Shown here in pieces: positions 7,854 to 16,790 of a stretch of 24,004 bases of DNA (positions are counted from its first letter, which is position 1; every line of letters starts with the position of its first letter). The position numbers were made by a program, and so were the translations under genes. Origin of the DNA: a virus (lineage: Duplodnaviria > Caudoviricetes); the IMG/VR virus record IMGVR_UViG_3300020042_010175, positions 1 to 24,004 of that record; one strand, 5' to 3'. The notes beneath the pieces were generated by a model that made no database searches, was not told the origin of the DNA, and saw nothing but the letters and a program-made list of their open reading frames with translations.

Positions 7854-8623
7854 GCGCCAACGTCCAACTCGGCCCGTTGCTCAAAAAGCTGCGGCAGGTG
7901 CCGCGTGAGGCAGCGGCGATCATGGCGAAGGCCATCGAGGACGACGCACGTGGCTTTGTGCGCGACATCGCCGCCATCACCCCGCCCAGCATGAACAAGA
8001 CCGACGTTGCATCCAAAAAACGTGGCGAGTCTGCCGTCATGCGCGACGTGTGGAAAGTCTATGCCACCCCCGGCAAACTTTATGCCATCATCAAGGCGCG
8101 AGACGAAAAACTCGCCGCCGCATTTTGGGCAGCGGTAAAGCATAAAAACTGGCCGCAAGCTGCCCGCATTTGCAAAACGCTCGGACTCAAAGAACTCATC
8201 GACTTCGGCAGCGACGACGGAGCCGCCCACGAAAAACGCCGAGGTCGCAATGGCCGCGTCACCGGCACCAAGCCGAGCGAGCATGTCCGTGATGCCCGCT
8301 ATGTGAAAAGCTACATCAAGCAGCAACAGTCCCGCGTCGGTCTGCTCGCCTCCGGCTTCGCGCCCGCCGCCGCCCGTTTGAAGACTTCGCTTCCGACCTG
8401 GATCACCCGTCATCGGCAAACCGTCGGCAGCATCAGCGTCATCCCTCGCCCAGACCAATTCACCATCGTCATCACGAATCGCGCCCGTCATGGTCGCGCC
8501 AATGACCTCTCCCGCCGCATGCAGTTCGTGTTGCGCTCCGGCAAACGCCAAAAACGTCTGCAAAACTCCATCCGCTACAGCATCCGTGCTGCCCTCAAAA
8601 AGTCACGACTCCAAGTCGCGTGA
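7847..8623 (+). CDS. Putative tail completion/neck protein (HK97 gp10-like position)
   Basis: Basic 258-aa protein starting MISANVQLGPLLKKL at the ATGA overlap; synteny. Confidence 0.55.
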   Translation: MISANVQLGPLLKKLRQVPREAAAIMAKAIEDDARGFVRDIAAITPPSMNKTDVASKKRGESAVMRDVWKVYATPGKLYAIIKARDEKLAAAFWAAVKHKNWPQAARICKTLGLKELIDFGSDDGAAHEKRRGRNGRVTGTKPSEHVRDARYVKSYIKQQQSRVGLLASGFAPAAARLKTSLPTWITRHRQTVGSISVIPRPDQFTIVITNRARHGRANDLSRRMQFVLRSGKRQKRLQNSIRYSIRAALKKSRLQVA

Positions 8624-8627
8624 GATC

Positions 8628-8650
8628 GTGACCCAGGCTGCAAGCCTGTG
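8628..8650 (+). repeat. REP-like short palindrome, copy 1
   Basis: GTGACCCAGGCTGCAAGCCTGTG; related copies at 9681-9703 and 10154-10175. Confidence 0.65.
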
Positions 8651-8678
8651 CCCTCTTTGACATCCACTCACAGTCACC

Positions 8679-9089
8679 ATGGCAGACATCTCCATCACCG
8701 CTTCCAACGTCATTGGCTCCGCCGCCGCACGGCGAGTCAGTAAATCCGCCGCCAGCACCATCACCGCAGGCCAACCCGTTTATCTCACCAGCGCCGGCCT
8801 CGTCGCACCTGCGGACGCCAACGCCTCCGCCACCACCGCCCAGGTCTTCGGCATCGCTGAAAACGGCGGGGCCACCGGTCAACGCATCAGCGTCATCACG
8901 CAGGACCCTGCGCTCGTGATCGGTGCCACCGTCGCCATTGGTGACGTGCTCGTTCTCTCCGCCACTGCCGGTGGCATCGCTCCCGCTGCCGACCTGGTCA
9001 CTGGTCATTTCTGCACCGTGCTCGGCGTCGCCATCAGCACCACGGCCATCAATTTTGCGCCGGTCGCCGCAGGCGCAGCCAAAGCCTAA
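8679..9089 (+). CDS. Capsid decoration/cement-like structural protein
   Basis: Ala/Thr-rich 136 aa. ITAGQPVYL..ADAN..VFGIA and IGDVLVLS..AGGI pattern typical of small beta-rich virion proteins; has its own terminator. Confidence 0.6.
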   Translation: MADISITASNVIGSAAARRVSKSAASTITAGQPVYLTSAGLVAPADANASATTAQVFGIAENGGATGQRISVITQDPALVIGATVAIGDVLVLSATAGGIAPAADLVTGHFCTVLGVAISTTAINFAPVAAGAAKA

Positions 9090-9111
9090 ACCCTGTCCCC
9101 TCATGCGTTGG

Positions 9112-9169
9112 AGCGCCGGTGACCGTGCAAACGGCACCGGCGCTTTTTTTCTTTTTTTTCCTTTTTTTT
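9112..9169 (+). terminator. Intrinsic terminator
   Basis: AGCGCCGGTG-a-CCGT GCAA ACGG-CACCGGCGCT stem with a GNRA loop, followed by three T tracts. Confidence 0.85.
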
Positions 9170-9201
9170 CTGCCCTGTCAGCATTCACCACTCACCACCA
9201 G

Positions 9202-9684
9202 ATGCCCTCCACCTCACCCGCCGCTCATTTCAGCACGATCTTTGCCGACTACTCCGCCAGCGCCGCCGCTTTAGCCCTTTCCGGCGTCCCTAGCGCGTCG
9301 CAGCTCCCTCGCCGCACACATTCCTCATCCAGCGCCCTCACGCATCCACACGCGTTGTTTGAGGTCGAGGTCGATCCCGAGTCTGCCGACACCCTACTCA
9401 CCCTCACGCTCAACCTGCGGCTGCAAATCAACGTTGGCACGGAGACCGGCCAGACCACCCGCACTCAGGCCCACGCCTGGCTGCAAGCCCTCCGCCGTCT
9501 GCTCGACGACGACCAGCTCGGCACCTGGCAGACCTTCATCCAGGCGCAAACAGACGCCTACCGCGAAGGCTGGGACATCCAGGCCATTTACCCGGGCACC
9601 ATCACCGACGACTACAATGAGGAAAAAACGCTCCTCACCCTCACCGCCCCCTTCCAGGTCGTCACCTTCTGGAACAACGTGTGA
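9202..9684 (+). CDS. Putative tail terminator protein
   Basis: 160 aa from ATG 9202 (the longer 8923 ORF would run through a terminator). Alpha/beta pattern, located just before the tail tube. Confidence 0.55.
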   Translation: MPSTSPAAHFSTIFADYSASAAALALSGVPSASQLPRRTHSSSSALTHPHALFEVEVDPESADTLLTLTLNLRLQINVGTETGQTTRTQAHAWLQALRRLLDDDQLGTWQTFIQAQTDAYREGWDIQAIYPGTITDDYNEEKTLLTLTAPFQVVTFWNNV

Positions 9685-9703
9685 CACAGGCTGCCAAGCT
9701 GTG
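9681..9703 (+). repeat. REP-like short palindrome, copy 2
   Basis: GTGACACAGGCTGCCAAGCTGTG overlapping a stop codon. Confidence 0.6.
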
Positions 9704-9742
9704 GTTCGCACATCGCCAGTTTGACACCGCCCGCTCGGTGTC

Positions 9743-10153
9743 ATGACTCCCCTCTTCACTTCTGGCACCCGTCCCAGCTCCCTTAAATCCGAGTCCGGTC
9801 TCTTCGTCACCGACTTCTCGGTCAAGCCCACCCGCACCTATGACGACGTGCTCGGCGTCGCCGCAGGCGGTGCCGTCCCTGAGCTGCTCTACACCGAGGC
9901 CTACGGCCTCGTGACCGACATCACCCTCACCGGCATGCCGATCCCCACCAGCGGTGGAGCACTGCAAGGCCTCGCCGCCCTGGAGGATGCCGACACCCTC
10001 GCCAGCCTCGCCAACCTCATCGACGACGAGGTCTTCGGCCTCACCCTCAGCACCGGCACGATCCAAAGCCGTGAGCCTGAATTCAAAAAGGCCCGCAGCG
10101 GCACCGGACGCGAGTTCAGCCTCAACCTGAAGCACTGCCACGCGATGAACTGA
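9743..10153 (+). CDS. Putative major tail tube protein
   Basis: 136 aa, beta-rich (TDITLTG ... EFSLNLK), between the tail terminator and chaperone genes; followed by a terminator. Confidence 0.55.
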   Translation: MTPLFTSGTRPSSLKSESGLFVTDFSVKPTRTYDDVLGVAAGGAVPELLYTEAYGLVTDITLTGMPIPTSGGALQGLAALEDADTLASLANLIDDEVFGLTLSTGTIQSREPEFKKARSGTGREFSLNLKHCHAMN

Positions 10154-10175
10154 GTGTCACAGGCTGCCAGCCTGT
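10154..10175 (+). repeat. REP-like short palindrome, copy 3
   Basis: GTGTCACAGGCTGCCAGCCTGT immediately after a stop codon. Confidence 0.65.
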
Positions 10176-10205
10176 CCAGTCCCCCAAACGATCACCCCCC
10201 ACGCA

Positions 10206-10244
10206 GCGCGTGATCGTCTCCCAACGATCACGCGCCTTTTGTTT
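10206..10244 (+). terminator. Intrinsic terminator
   Basis: Perfect 12-bp stem GCGCGTGATCGT / ACGATCACGCGC followed by CTTTTGTTT. Confidence 0.75.
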
Positions 10245-10248
10245 CCGG

Positions 10249-10281
10249 CCATCAACCCTCAACCATCAACCATCAACCATC
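10249..10281 (+). repeat. Heptamer tandem repeat (AACCATC)n
   Basis: CCATC AACCCTC AACCATC AACCATC AACCATC, ending 4 nt before ATG 10286. Confidence 0.8.
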
Positions 10282-10285
10282 GCCC

Positions 10286-11065
10286 ATGATTGCCTGGCAA
10301 ACCACCCGCAACACTTACGAGGCCGCCGCCCTCGCCTCGCTCGACATCGCGCTGCGTGCCGTCAAGATGACGCACTACAAAAGCGGGACCGAATACACCG
10401 ACTGGAACCTCGCCCGCACCAGCAGCGTCGATCCTGATCGGCACGGCCGCGCCTTCATCACCGGCGTCCTCCGGCGCGACTTCAACAACGGCACCTTGCA
10501 GGGAGAACTCGCCACCCAGCCGCTGCATCCTTATCTGATCGCCCTGCGCACCATGCACAATCGCTCGCGTCTGCTCGATGCGCAGAAAGGCAAGTCCATG
10601 CGTCTCGTCGAGGCCGCGCCTGGCAGCTACCTCCTCGAGCACGGATCTTCAGCCATGCCTACCGAGGCCACCCTCACCACCGCAGATCAAGATCTCGCGC
10701 TGGCCCTCATCGGTGTCGGTCATGCGCTCCTCACCCTCACACACAACGGCACCGCGCACGTCTATACCCTGGCTCGTTATGCCCTCGCTGCTGAGCTCAC
10801 CCCACACGCGCCGCGTGCCGATGCCCAGATCAACATGACCGCGCTCCGCAGCAACGCGCTCTTTCCTGCTCGTCGCTGGGAACCCTTCGCGATCGCGATC
10901 CATGCCCTGCATTGTCTGCGTGAGTTGCGCAAGCATCAGCAGTCGGCCGGCTGGATCACCGTGGCGCACAAAACCTACCTCGACAAAGGGGCCGCGTTCC
11001 GCGCCGACGCCCCAGGTCACACCCTCGCCAAAGTCCAGCAACGCCTCGGCCTCCGCATCGCATGA
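10286..11065 (+). CDS. Hypothetical protein with internal duplication
   Basis: 259 aa with two similar halves (TRNTYEAAALASLD / TADQDLALALIGVG; HPYLIALRTMH / EPFAIAIHALH). Confidence 0.7.
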   Translation: MIAWQTTRNTYEAAALASLDIALRAVKMTHYKSGTEYTDWNLARTSSVDPDRHGRAFITGVLRRDFNNGTLQGELATQPLHPYLIALRTMHNRSRLLDAQKGKSMRLVEAAPGSYLLEHGSSAMPTEATLTTADQDLALALIGVGHALLTLTHNGTAHVYTLARYALAAELTPHAPRADAQINMTALRSNALFPARRWEPFAIAIHALHCLRELRKHQQSAGWITVAHKTYLDKGAAFRADAPGHTLAKVQQRLGLRIA

Positions 11066-11472
11066 GCAGCATCTCCGATAAACAGCGATCCCTCGTCACC
11101 ATGAAAGCGGCAGAGGTCGATGATCTAATCCGCGCCGGATGGGATATCCAAGTCATCCAATCTCTGTGTGATCGCGGATTCCGCGAATCCTGCCCTATGC
11201 CTTACGACGACGGCAGCACCTCGCCCTCGTTCCTGCGCCAGACCACGCTCCCGCATCTTCACATCGTCCTCGAAAAATCCGCCACACTCGAAGACCTCGA
11301 CACCGCCATCTATGACGCCGGACAGCAGTCCCGGCACCAATACCTCGCCGACCAATGGCACCGCTTCACCGACGTTATGAAAGCCTGGCACCGTCCCCAA
11401 AAATCCACCGACCTCGAAGCCCGCCTCGCCAAACTCGAAGCGGCGAACGCAACGATCACCTCTCCCCTCTAA
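11062..11472 (+). CDS. Hypothetical protein
   Basis: 136 aa, ATGA-coupled, with a C-terminal coiled coil (LEARLAKLEA). Confidence 0.6.
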   Translation: MSSISDKQRSLVTMKAAEVDDLIRAGWDIQVIQSLCDRGFRESCPMPYDDGSTSPSFLRQTTLPHLHIVLEKSATLEDLDTAIYDAGQQSRHQYLADQWHRFTDVMKAWHRPQKSTDLEARLAKLEAANATITSPL

Positions 11473-11483
11473 CACCCACCCCC

Positions 11484-11951
11484 ATGCACCTACCCACCGA
11501 CCCCACACCGTCGTCCTCACCGCCGCCGGTGAACCTCACCGACACCGCGCCACTCATCACCGCTGAGCAGCGCGAGACCGACTTCAATCGCCTCTTCGCC
11601 TGGCATGGCGTGGAGATCGCCATCACGCTCGCTAACGAGCTGTATTACCGCGAGCTGCGCGTCCACATGAATGCGCCCGCCTTGGCCTCATATGATACCA
11701 TGGGCGACTTCGCCCCCGAGGCCGCCCGCCTCATTTATTGTGCGCACCTCGAAGCCGCCGCCATCCGCCAACTCCGGCTCATGAGTGCCGAGCTGCAAAT
11801 CGCCATGCACGATGCCTGGGTGCTGAAAAACATCGCGGTCCATGAGATCGCCGCCGTGTCGCGTCTCGCCCAAGAAATTCAGCATTGCGTGGCGCGTGCC
11901 CGTGCCTCCGTTTTGCCCACCGGTGACAGCGTTGACGGCTCGGGAAACTAG
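11484..11951 (+). CDS. Tail assembly chaperone (gpG-like)
   Basis: ATG 11484 after a C/A leader; ends in slippery G GGA AAC TAG; upstream of the tape measure. Confidence 0.75.
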   Translation: MHLPTDPTPSSSPPPVNLTDTAPLITAEQRETDFNRLFAWHGVEIAITLANELYYRELRVHMNAPALASYDTMGDFAPEAARLIYCAHLEAAAIRQLRLMSAELQIAMHDAWVLKNIAVHEIAAVSRLAQEIQHCVARARASVLPTGDSVDGSGN

Positions 11952-12106
11952 CCATGCCACCCGTGACCTGCGAGATCATCTCTGATGTCGCTCAGCTCAC
12001 CGGGTGGCAGGAAGCCACCATCCAAAACATGCCACTGCACCGCGCCCTCTACTATCAGCTTAAAGCCGCCAATATTCGCGGCATGATGTGTCAGTGGTCG
12101 CTTTGA
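11942..12106 (+). CDS. -1 frameshift extension of the tail chaperone (gpGT-like)
   Basis: GGGAAAC (11942-11948) fits X XXY YYZ in frame. The -1 frame is open for 54 codons: GKLAMPPVTCEIISDVAQLTGWQEATIQNMPLHRALYYQ...WSL. Confidence 0.75.
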   Translation, partial: GKLAMPPVTCEIISDVAQLTGWQEATIQNMPLHRALYYQLKAANIRGMMCQWSL

Positions 12107-12140
12107 CACGCGGATCTCGTCAACCTCTGACGATCCCCCC

Positions 12141-13922
12141 ATGGCAAACGACGCGACAGTTAAATTTGGCTACGACGGCACCGCGCTCAATCGCGGCCTC
12201 GCCCAGCAAGAAACCAAGCTCAAAGGCTTCGCCTCCACCACCGAGCGCAGCTTTCGCGGTGCCCAGGCTGCCATCGGAGGCCTCGGCCTCGGCATCCTGG
12301 CCCGCGAAGGCGTGCGCGTCGTCGCCGCCTTCGACCGCATGACGCGTGGCATGACCACGCTCGAAGGCAGCGCCACGGGGGCCAAATTCCGCATGGACGA
12401 ACTGCGCGAGGCCTCAAAACTCCCTGGTCTCGATTTCGAACAAGCGGTGCAGGGGGACATCCGCCTGCGCAGCGTCGGTGTCAGTGCCGAGCTTTCCAAG
12501 AAGGCGCTCATCGAGATGGGCAATGCCCTCAGCCTCGCCGGCGGCACTTCCGCTGATCTCGACGGCGTGGTGCTGGCCCTCACGCAGATCATCAGCAAAG
12601 GCAAAGTCAGCGCGGAAGAAATCAATCAGATCGCCGAGCGTGTGCCGCAGGTCCGCGCTGTGATGCAGGACATGTTCGGCACCGCCGACACCGAGACGCT
12701 GCAAAAAATGAACATCGACGCCGAGACCTTCGTCGCCACGTTGGTTGAAGGCTTCGGAAAACTGGATCGAGCGCAGGCCGGTCTCGATGAAAAGATGAAT
12801 GACTTCACCGCCTCCTTGCGAACCGCCTCCACGGCTTTGCTCGAAGGCCTCGTCGGCAAAGGCTCCGAAGGCTTGTCTCGCCTCGGGGGAGTGCTCGATG
12901 CCAACAACGACAAACTGCGTGAAGCAGGGCAATGGCTCGGCAACACGGCCTCAGGCGTCGCGGAATGGTTTGTGAATGCCGGAGACGCCATCGGCTTCAT
13001 GGCCGCTGATTTGCAGCGTGCCATCGGTTACATGGGAGACGTTGACGGCCTCGCCAAATATCAAGCCGAGACCCAAGGCATCCTGGAGATGATGCAGGCG
13101 CAAAAAGACAGCGTCGAGATCGAGCGCATGCGCACTGAGCAGATCACCGCCAGCACTGAGGCACGCGCAGCAGAGATCAAGCTCATGGACCTGCCCAAGT
13201 CCGTCTTGGAAGACGACCCCATCCGCAAAGCAGGTGAGGAAGCCAACAAACCCGTCAGCAAAGAGCAGGCCCGCCTCGATGACCGGAAACGCAAACTCAC
13301 CGAAGCCGAACTGCCACTCAAAGAGCAAATCGCCGCCGCTGAAGATCGCTTGTTGGAGCAACAGCAAAAAATCGAAGAGAGTGCTGCGAACATCAATCAG
13401 ACCGAAAAGGAAAGCATCGAGAATCAGCATAAGCTGCTCGACATCCAACAAGAAATCTCCGCGCTGAAGCGGCTGGACGAACAAGCAGAAGCCGAGAAAA
13501 AGACCCCGGTTCCAACTCCGTCTCTGCCCAGCGTCCCCACCGCCACTCAGACCTCATTCACGCCTCGCGACGAGGCCCCGATGAGCGAGGCCAAAACCTA
13601 CAAAGGCTACGACGAACAAAACCGCCGCCTCACCGATGGACGCCGCAAAATCCTCGGCGTGCAAACCCCCGACACATACACCGGCGGCAGTATCGCGGGT
13701 CCATTCCGTCCCCTCTCAGCGCGTCGCGGCTCCCTGACACCTGGCGGTGGACTCGATGGATTTTACGCCCGTCAAAACGTCGGCAGCGGCAGTGGCAGCA
13801 TGAGCATCAACACCAGCGGTGCGCGCACCCAGCAGACGGTGAATGCTGCCCGCAAAGACGACCTAAGCGCCAAGATCGACCGCACCAATGAACTCCTCTC
13901 CCGTGGTCTACTGGGCAGTTAA
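12141..13922 (+). CDS. Tail tape measure protein
   Basis: 593 aa, helical, with the tape-measure N-domain signature LALTQIISKGKVSAEEINQIAER; follows the chaperone. Confidence 0.9.
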   Translation: MANDATVKFGYDGTALNRGLAQQETKLKGFASTTERSFRGAQAAIGGLGLGILAREGVRVVAAFDRMTRGMTTLEGSATGAKFRMDELREASKLPGLDFEQAVQGDIRLRSVGVSAELSKKALIEMGNALSLAGGTSADLDGVVLALTQIISKGKVSAEEINQIAERVPQVRAVMQDMFGTADTETLQKMNIDAETFVATLVEGFGKLDRAQAGLDEKMNDFTASLRTASTALLEGLVGKGSEGLSRLGGVLDANNDKLREAGQWLGNTASGVAEWFVNAGDAIGFMAADLQRAIGYMGDVDGLAKYQAETQGILEMMQAQKDSVEIERMRTEQITASTEARAAEIKLMDLPKSVLEDDPIRKAGEEANKPVSKEQARLDDRKRKLTEAELPLKEQIAAAEDRLLEQQQKIEESAANINQTEKESIENQHKLLDIQQEISALKRLDEQAEAEKKTPVPTPSLPSVPTATQTSFTPRDEAPMSEAKTYKGYDEQNRRLTDGRRKILGVQTPDTYTGGSIAGPFRPLSARRGSLTPGGGLDGFYARQNVGSGSGSMSINTSGARTQQTVNAARKDDLSAKIDRTNELLSRGLLGS

Positions 13923-13953
13923 CCATCAACCATCCACCATCAACCATCAACCC
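13921..13953 (+). repeat. Heptamer tandem repeat (AACCATC)n, second copy
   Basis: AACCATC AACCATC CACCATC AACCATC AACCC fills nearly the whole intergenic space before ATG 13959. Confidence 0.8.
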
Positions 13954-13958
13954 AAGCC

Positions 13959-15044
13959 ATGACCCCTGCATTCTCCGTCGGCACCCTCCCACTCTGGCGA
14001 CACCCCATTCGCGAACGCACCGCGTTCCGTGGCGTTGACACGCTCGACGGTGCCTACAAGACCGACCGCAACACCACGCTCGCCGTTGGCGATGTCGTGC
14101 CTGGCTACCCAGGCATGATCATCATCGCACTCGATAAAATCGACAGTGGCATCAGTCGCGAATGGCAGATTTCCGCCGAAGGCTCACTGGATGAAAGTTA
14201 CCCCACCAAAACCCTTAGCCGTGGCAAACGCCGCACCATTGAAGCCGGGTGGGACGAGCGCACCGTGCGTTACCTCTCGTGGCATGCCGCCTGGAAAGCC
14301 TGCACCGGCGATGCTGGCAGTAACGTCATCACCTGCGCTGCCCACGGCTTCCCAAATGGCAAACGCGTTTACTTCACTCGCCTCAGTGGCGGCGCAGGTC
14401 TCGTTCCGCAAAGCGACAGCTCACTTGGCACCCCGTATTACGTCATCGACCGCACCACCGACACGTTCCAAGTCTCCACCAACGTCGGAGGTGGCGCGGT
14501 GGATTTCACCACCACGATGACCGCAGGCGAGGTCATCGCGGGCGAGTTCGCCCTCGGCTCACCGCACCCCAGCTATCCCTACATGCACCTATGCGAACTA
14601 ACCGTGCAGGATGAAAACAATGACTGGGCGGTCGCTGACTGCGTCTATCGCGGTTACGAAGAGGCTAAACCCTACCACCGCATGATCACCGTGAATGGTC
14701 AGCAGTTCAGCAGCTCGGAAAAGCTCACCATCTCCATCACAAATGGTTGGTCGGACCCACGTTACACCAATTTCCACCTGCCCGAGGTCGTCGTCACCGA
14801 CACCTACCTCGTCGGCTCCGGCACACTCCCCACAACGTCGGTGCCCTCGTTCAGCACACCTGCCAACGCACCAAGTATCCCAAGCTACGTCATCACCAGC
14901 AGCGACATCAATAACCTCACTTACAATTTTCCCTACGGTTGGACCATCGTCTCCACCCCGCACCAGGCCACTCTCAACAGCCAGATCTCCGCCATGGTCT
15001 ATCAAGTCGTCTATCGCTACATCTGGCCCGTCATGTTCCGCTAA
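13959..15044 (+). CDS. Tail tip/distal tail protein with inserted beta domain
   Basis: First gene after the tape measure; contains an HGFPNGKRV...YYVI..TTDTFQVS...GG module seen in virion proteins. Confidence 0.6.
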   Translation: MTPAFSVGTLPLWRHPIRERTAFRGVDTLDGAYKTDRNTTLAVGDVVPGYPGMIIIALDKIDSGISREWQISAEGSLDESYPTKTLSRGKRRTIEAGWDERTVRYLSWHAAWKACTGDAGSNVITCAAHGFPNGKRVYFTRLSGGAGLVPQSDSSLGTPYYVIDRTTDTFQVSTNVGGGAVDFTTTMTAGEVIAGEFALGSPHPSYPYMHLCELTVQDENNDWAVADCVYRGYEEAKPYHRMITVNGQQFSSSEKLTISITNGWSDPRYTNFHLPEVVVTDTYLVGSGTLPTTSVPSFSTPANAPSIPSYVITSSDINNLTYNFPYGWTIVSTPHQATLNSQISAMVYQVVYRYIWPVMFR

Positions 15045-15069
15045 CCTTTCACCTATCAACCCTCACACC

Positions 15070-15426
15070 ATGACCCCCGGCACACTCGAAATCGAACTCC
15101 GCTCCTTCGTCGCACACTTACTATCCCCACTCCTTGAGGATGGCAAAAGCCCCATCGTCAAACATCAGACGATCAAGGACCGCCCGCTCACGATCCGCCT
15201 CGGCATGCGTGTCGCTGGGGTCGATCCCGAGCACGTGCGAGCCTTGGCCAGTGACGGTAAAGCAGTCAGTGATGCCTGGCTCAAACAATGGCCGCTAAAC
15301 ACTCCTGGCGTGCGCGATCCCAAGTCCGTGAGCATCGCTAGCGACGACAAGCACGTGATCATGGACGTCATGTTTTTCTCGATGCAGCTCGACACTCCTG
15401 ACGCACTCACCCCTGCGCAAGCATGA
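15070..15426 (+). CDS. Hypothetical protein
   Basis: 118 aa from ATG 15070 after a C/A leader; ATGA-coupled to the next gene. Confidence 0.6.
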   Translation: MTPGTLEIELRSFVAHLLSPLLEDGKSPIVKHQTIKDRPLTIRLGMRVAGVDPEHVRALASDGKAVSDAWLKQWPLNTPGVRDPKSVSIASDDKHVIMDVMFFSMQLDTPDALTPAQA

Positions 15427-16037
15427 GACAAGAACGTCCCCGCTCTCGTGCCCCACGCTGGCCCTCCGGCCTGGTCCCGTGGAAAAAAACCGTTGAAAGT
15501 TTTCTCGAAAAACTAGCGGCTGCCGCAGGCATCGAGATCGAGATCATCGGTGCCACGCGCTCGCAAGGCGGCTCTGCGCTCAGCTTTAATCTGCCCAGCA
15601 GCGGCACGGGTGCCACAGCCTTGCCGCTGTATGTTTCCAGCAGCGGCATCATCACCCCTTCGACAGTCTTTGGCGTTATGCCCACCATTGGAGGCGCGGC
15701 CCTCAATGAAGATCCGCCGCCTGCCTTATCCATTCCCTCCTCCGGCACGCGGCACGTCGTCATCACCATCAGTGGCACACCTGTCACAACCACCTTGAGT
15801 GGTCGCATCTTCATCCACAACCTAAACTCCATTTCGGTAACCATCTCACTCCAGACGACTGCGCCGAACTCGTCCGACCAGGTGAGCTCCACCGGCACCT
15901 ACAAGTTACTCCTTGCCACCTTCGTCAACGGGGCAAAAACCGCTCAAATCGGCCATGGCCCCATCACCGCCGGGATCAGCGACGACCTCAATGGCACCGG
16001 CACCGGAATTCTAAGTGTCAGCTATACAGCACCATGA
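15423..16037 (+). CDS. Putative minor tail protein
   Basis: 204 aa, Gly/Ser/Thr-rich, in the tail operon. Confidence 0.55.
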   Translation: MRQERPRSRAPRWPSGLVPWKKTVESFLEKLAAAAGIEIEIIGATRSQGGSALSFNLPSSGTGATALPLYVSSSGIITPSTVFGVMPTIGGAALNEDPPPALSIPSSGTRHVVITISGTPVTTTLSGRIFIHNLNSISVTISLQTTAPNSSDQVSSTGTYKLLLATFVNGAKTAQIGHGPITAGISDDLNGTGTGILSVSYTAP

Positions 16038-16756
16038 TTCACGGGAAACTAGTCATCGACGTGCGCTCCTCCTACGTCAGCGTGGAGACCTGCCCCATGT
16101 TCGTGGATAGTGAGGTCACTGATAAAATTTACGGCAGCAGAGCTACCGAATACACAACCGAATTCGGCTCCTATACCGACACCTCCACGGTCGCGGCGGA
16201 GAATGTCGGCGACTCTGAATCCTGCCCCACATTCGAAGGCAGCACCACCTTTGACCCTAACTATAATGAGCCAGATGGCTACGGAGAGATCATCTCCAGC
16301 ACCACCACCTACAGCGCGCCCGTCACCCGCTCCACCGTGCGTGGCGACCTCCCTGCAATAGACTGGAGCGAGTGGGGTTTCAGTGGCCTAAGTTACGAGT
16401 CATCCAACGGAGGGCTCTTCGGGCACCTCTATAACTACGACGCCGTGATCTCTGCCAGCACAGGCCAAGCAGTCAGCGGAGTGAGTGGCACCGGCAGCAC
16501 TGGGACCATCATCGCGTCCCGGAGTGACGCCCAGGTGCGGTTCCGCATCCACACACCGCTCGCCTGCACAGTCGTCTATCAGATCGGCTCACAGTTTATC
16601 CCGATCTATGGCGACGGACAACCAGAAGAAGACATCACTTGGGGTGGCGAGATGACCGTCATCGTCACCGAGGAAACCATCGTCACCCTCCCCGTTGTAG
16701 AAGACCACACCAAATCAATCCGCCTCAGGCGCATCATCTGGCACCCGTGGACGTGA
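16034..16756 (+). CDS. Putative minor tail protein
   Basis: 240 aa, acidic and Ser/Thr-rich, ATGA-coupled. Confidence 0.55.
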   Translation: MIHGKLVIDVRSSYVSVETCPMFVDSEVTDKIYGSRATEYTTEFGSYTDTSTVAAENVGDSESCPTFEGSTTFDPNYNEPDGYGEIISSTTTYSAPVTRSTVRGDLPAIDWSEWGFSGLSYESSNGGLFGHLYNYDAVISASTGQAVSGVSGTGSTGTIIASRSDAQVRFRIHTPLACTVVYQIGSQFIPIYGDGQPEEDITWGGEMTVIVTEETIVTLPVVEDHTKSIRLRRIIWHPWT

Positions 16757-16790
16757 TCACCGTCCTCTGAATTGACACGCGACCCCTCGC

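Noticed and set aside
10249-13953. CRISPR array
   Set aside because: The repeats are contiguous heptamers or dispersed palindromes without spacers; no cas genes.
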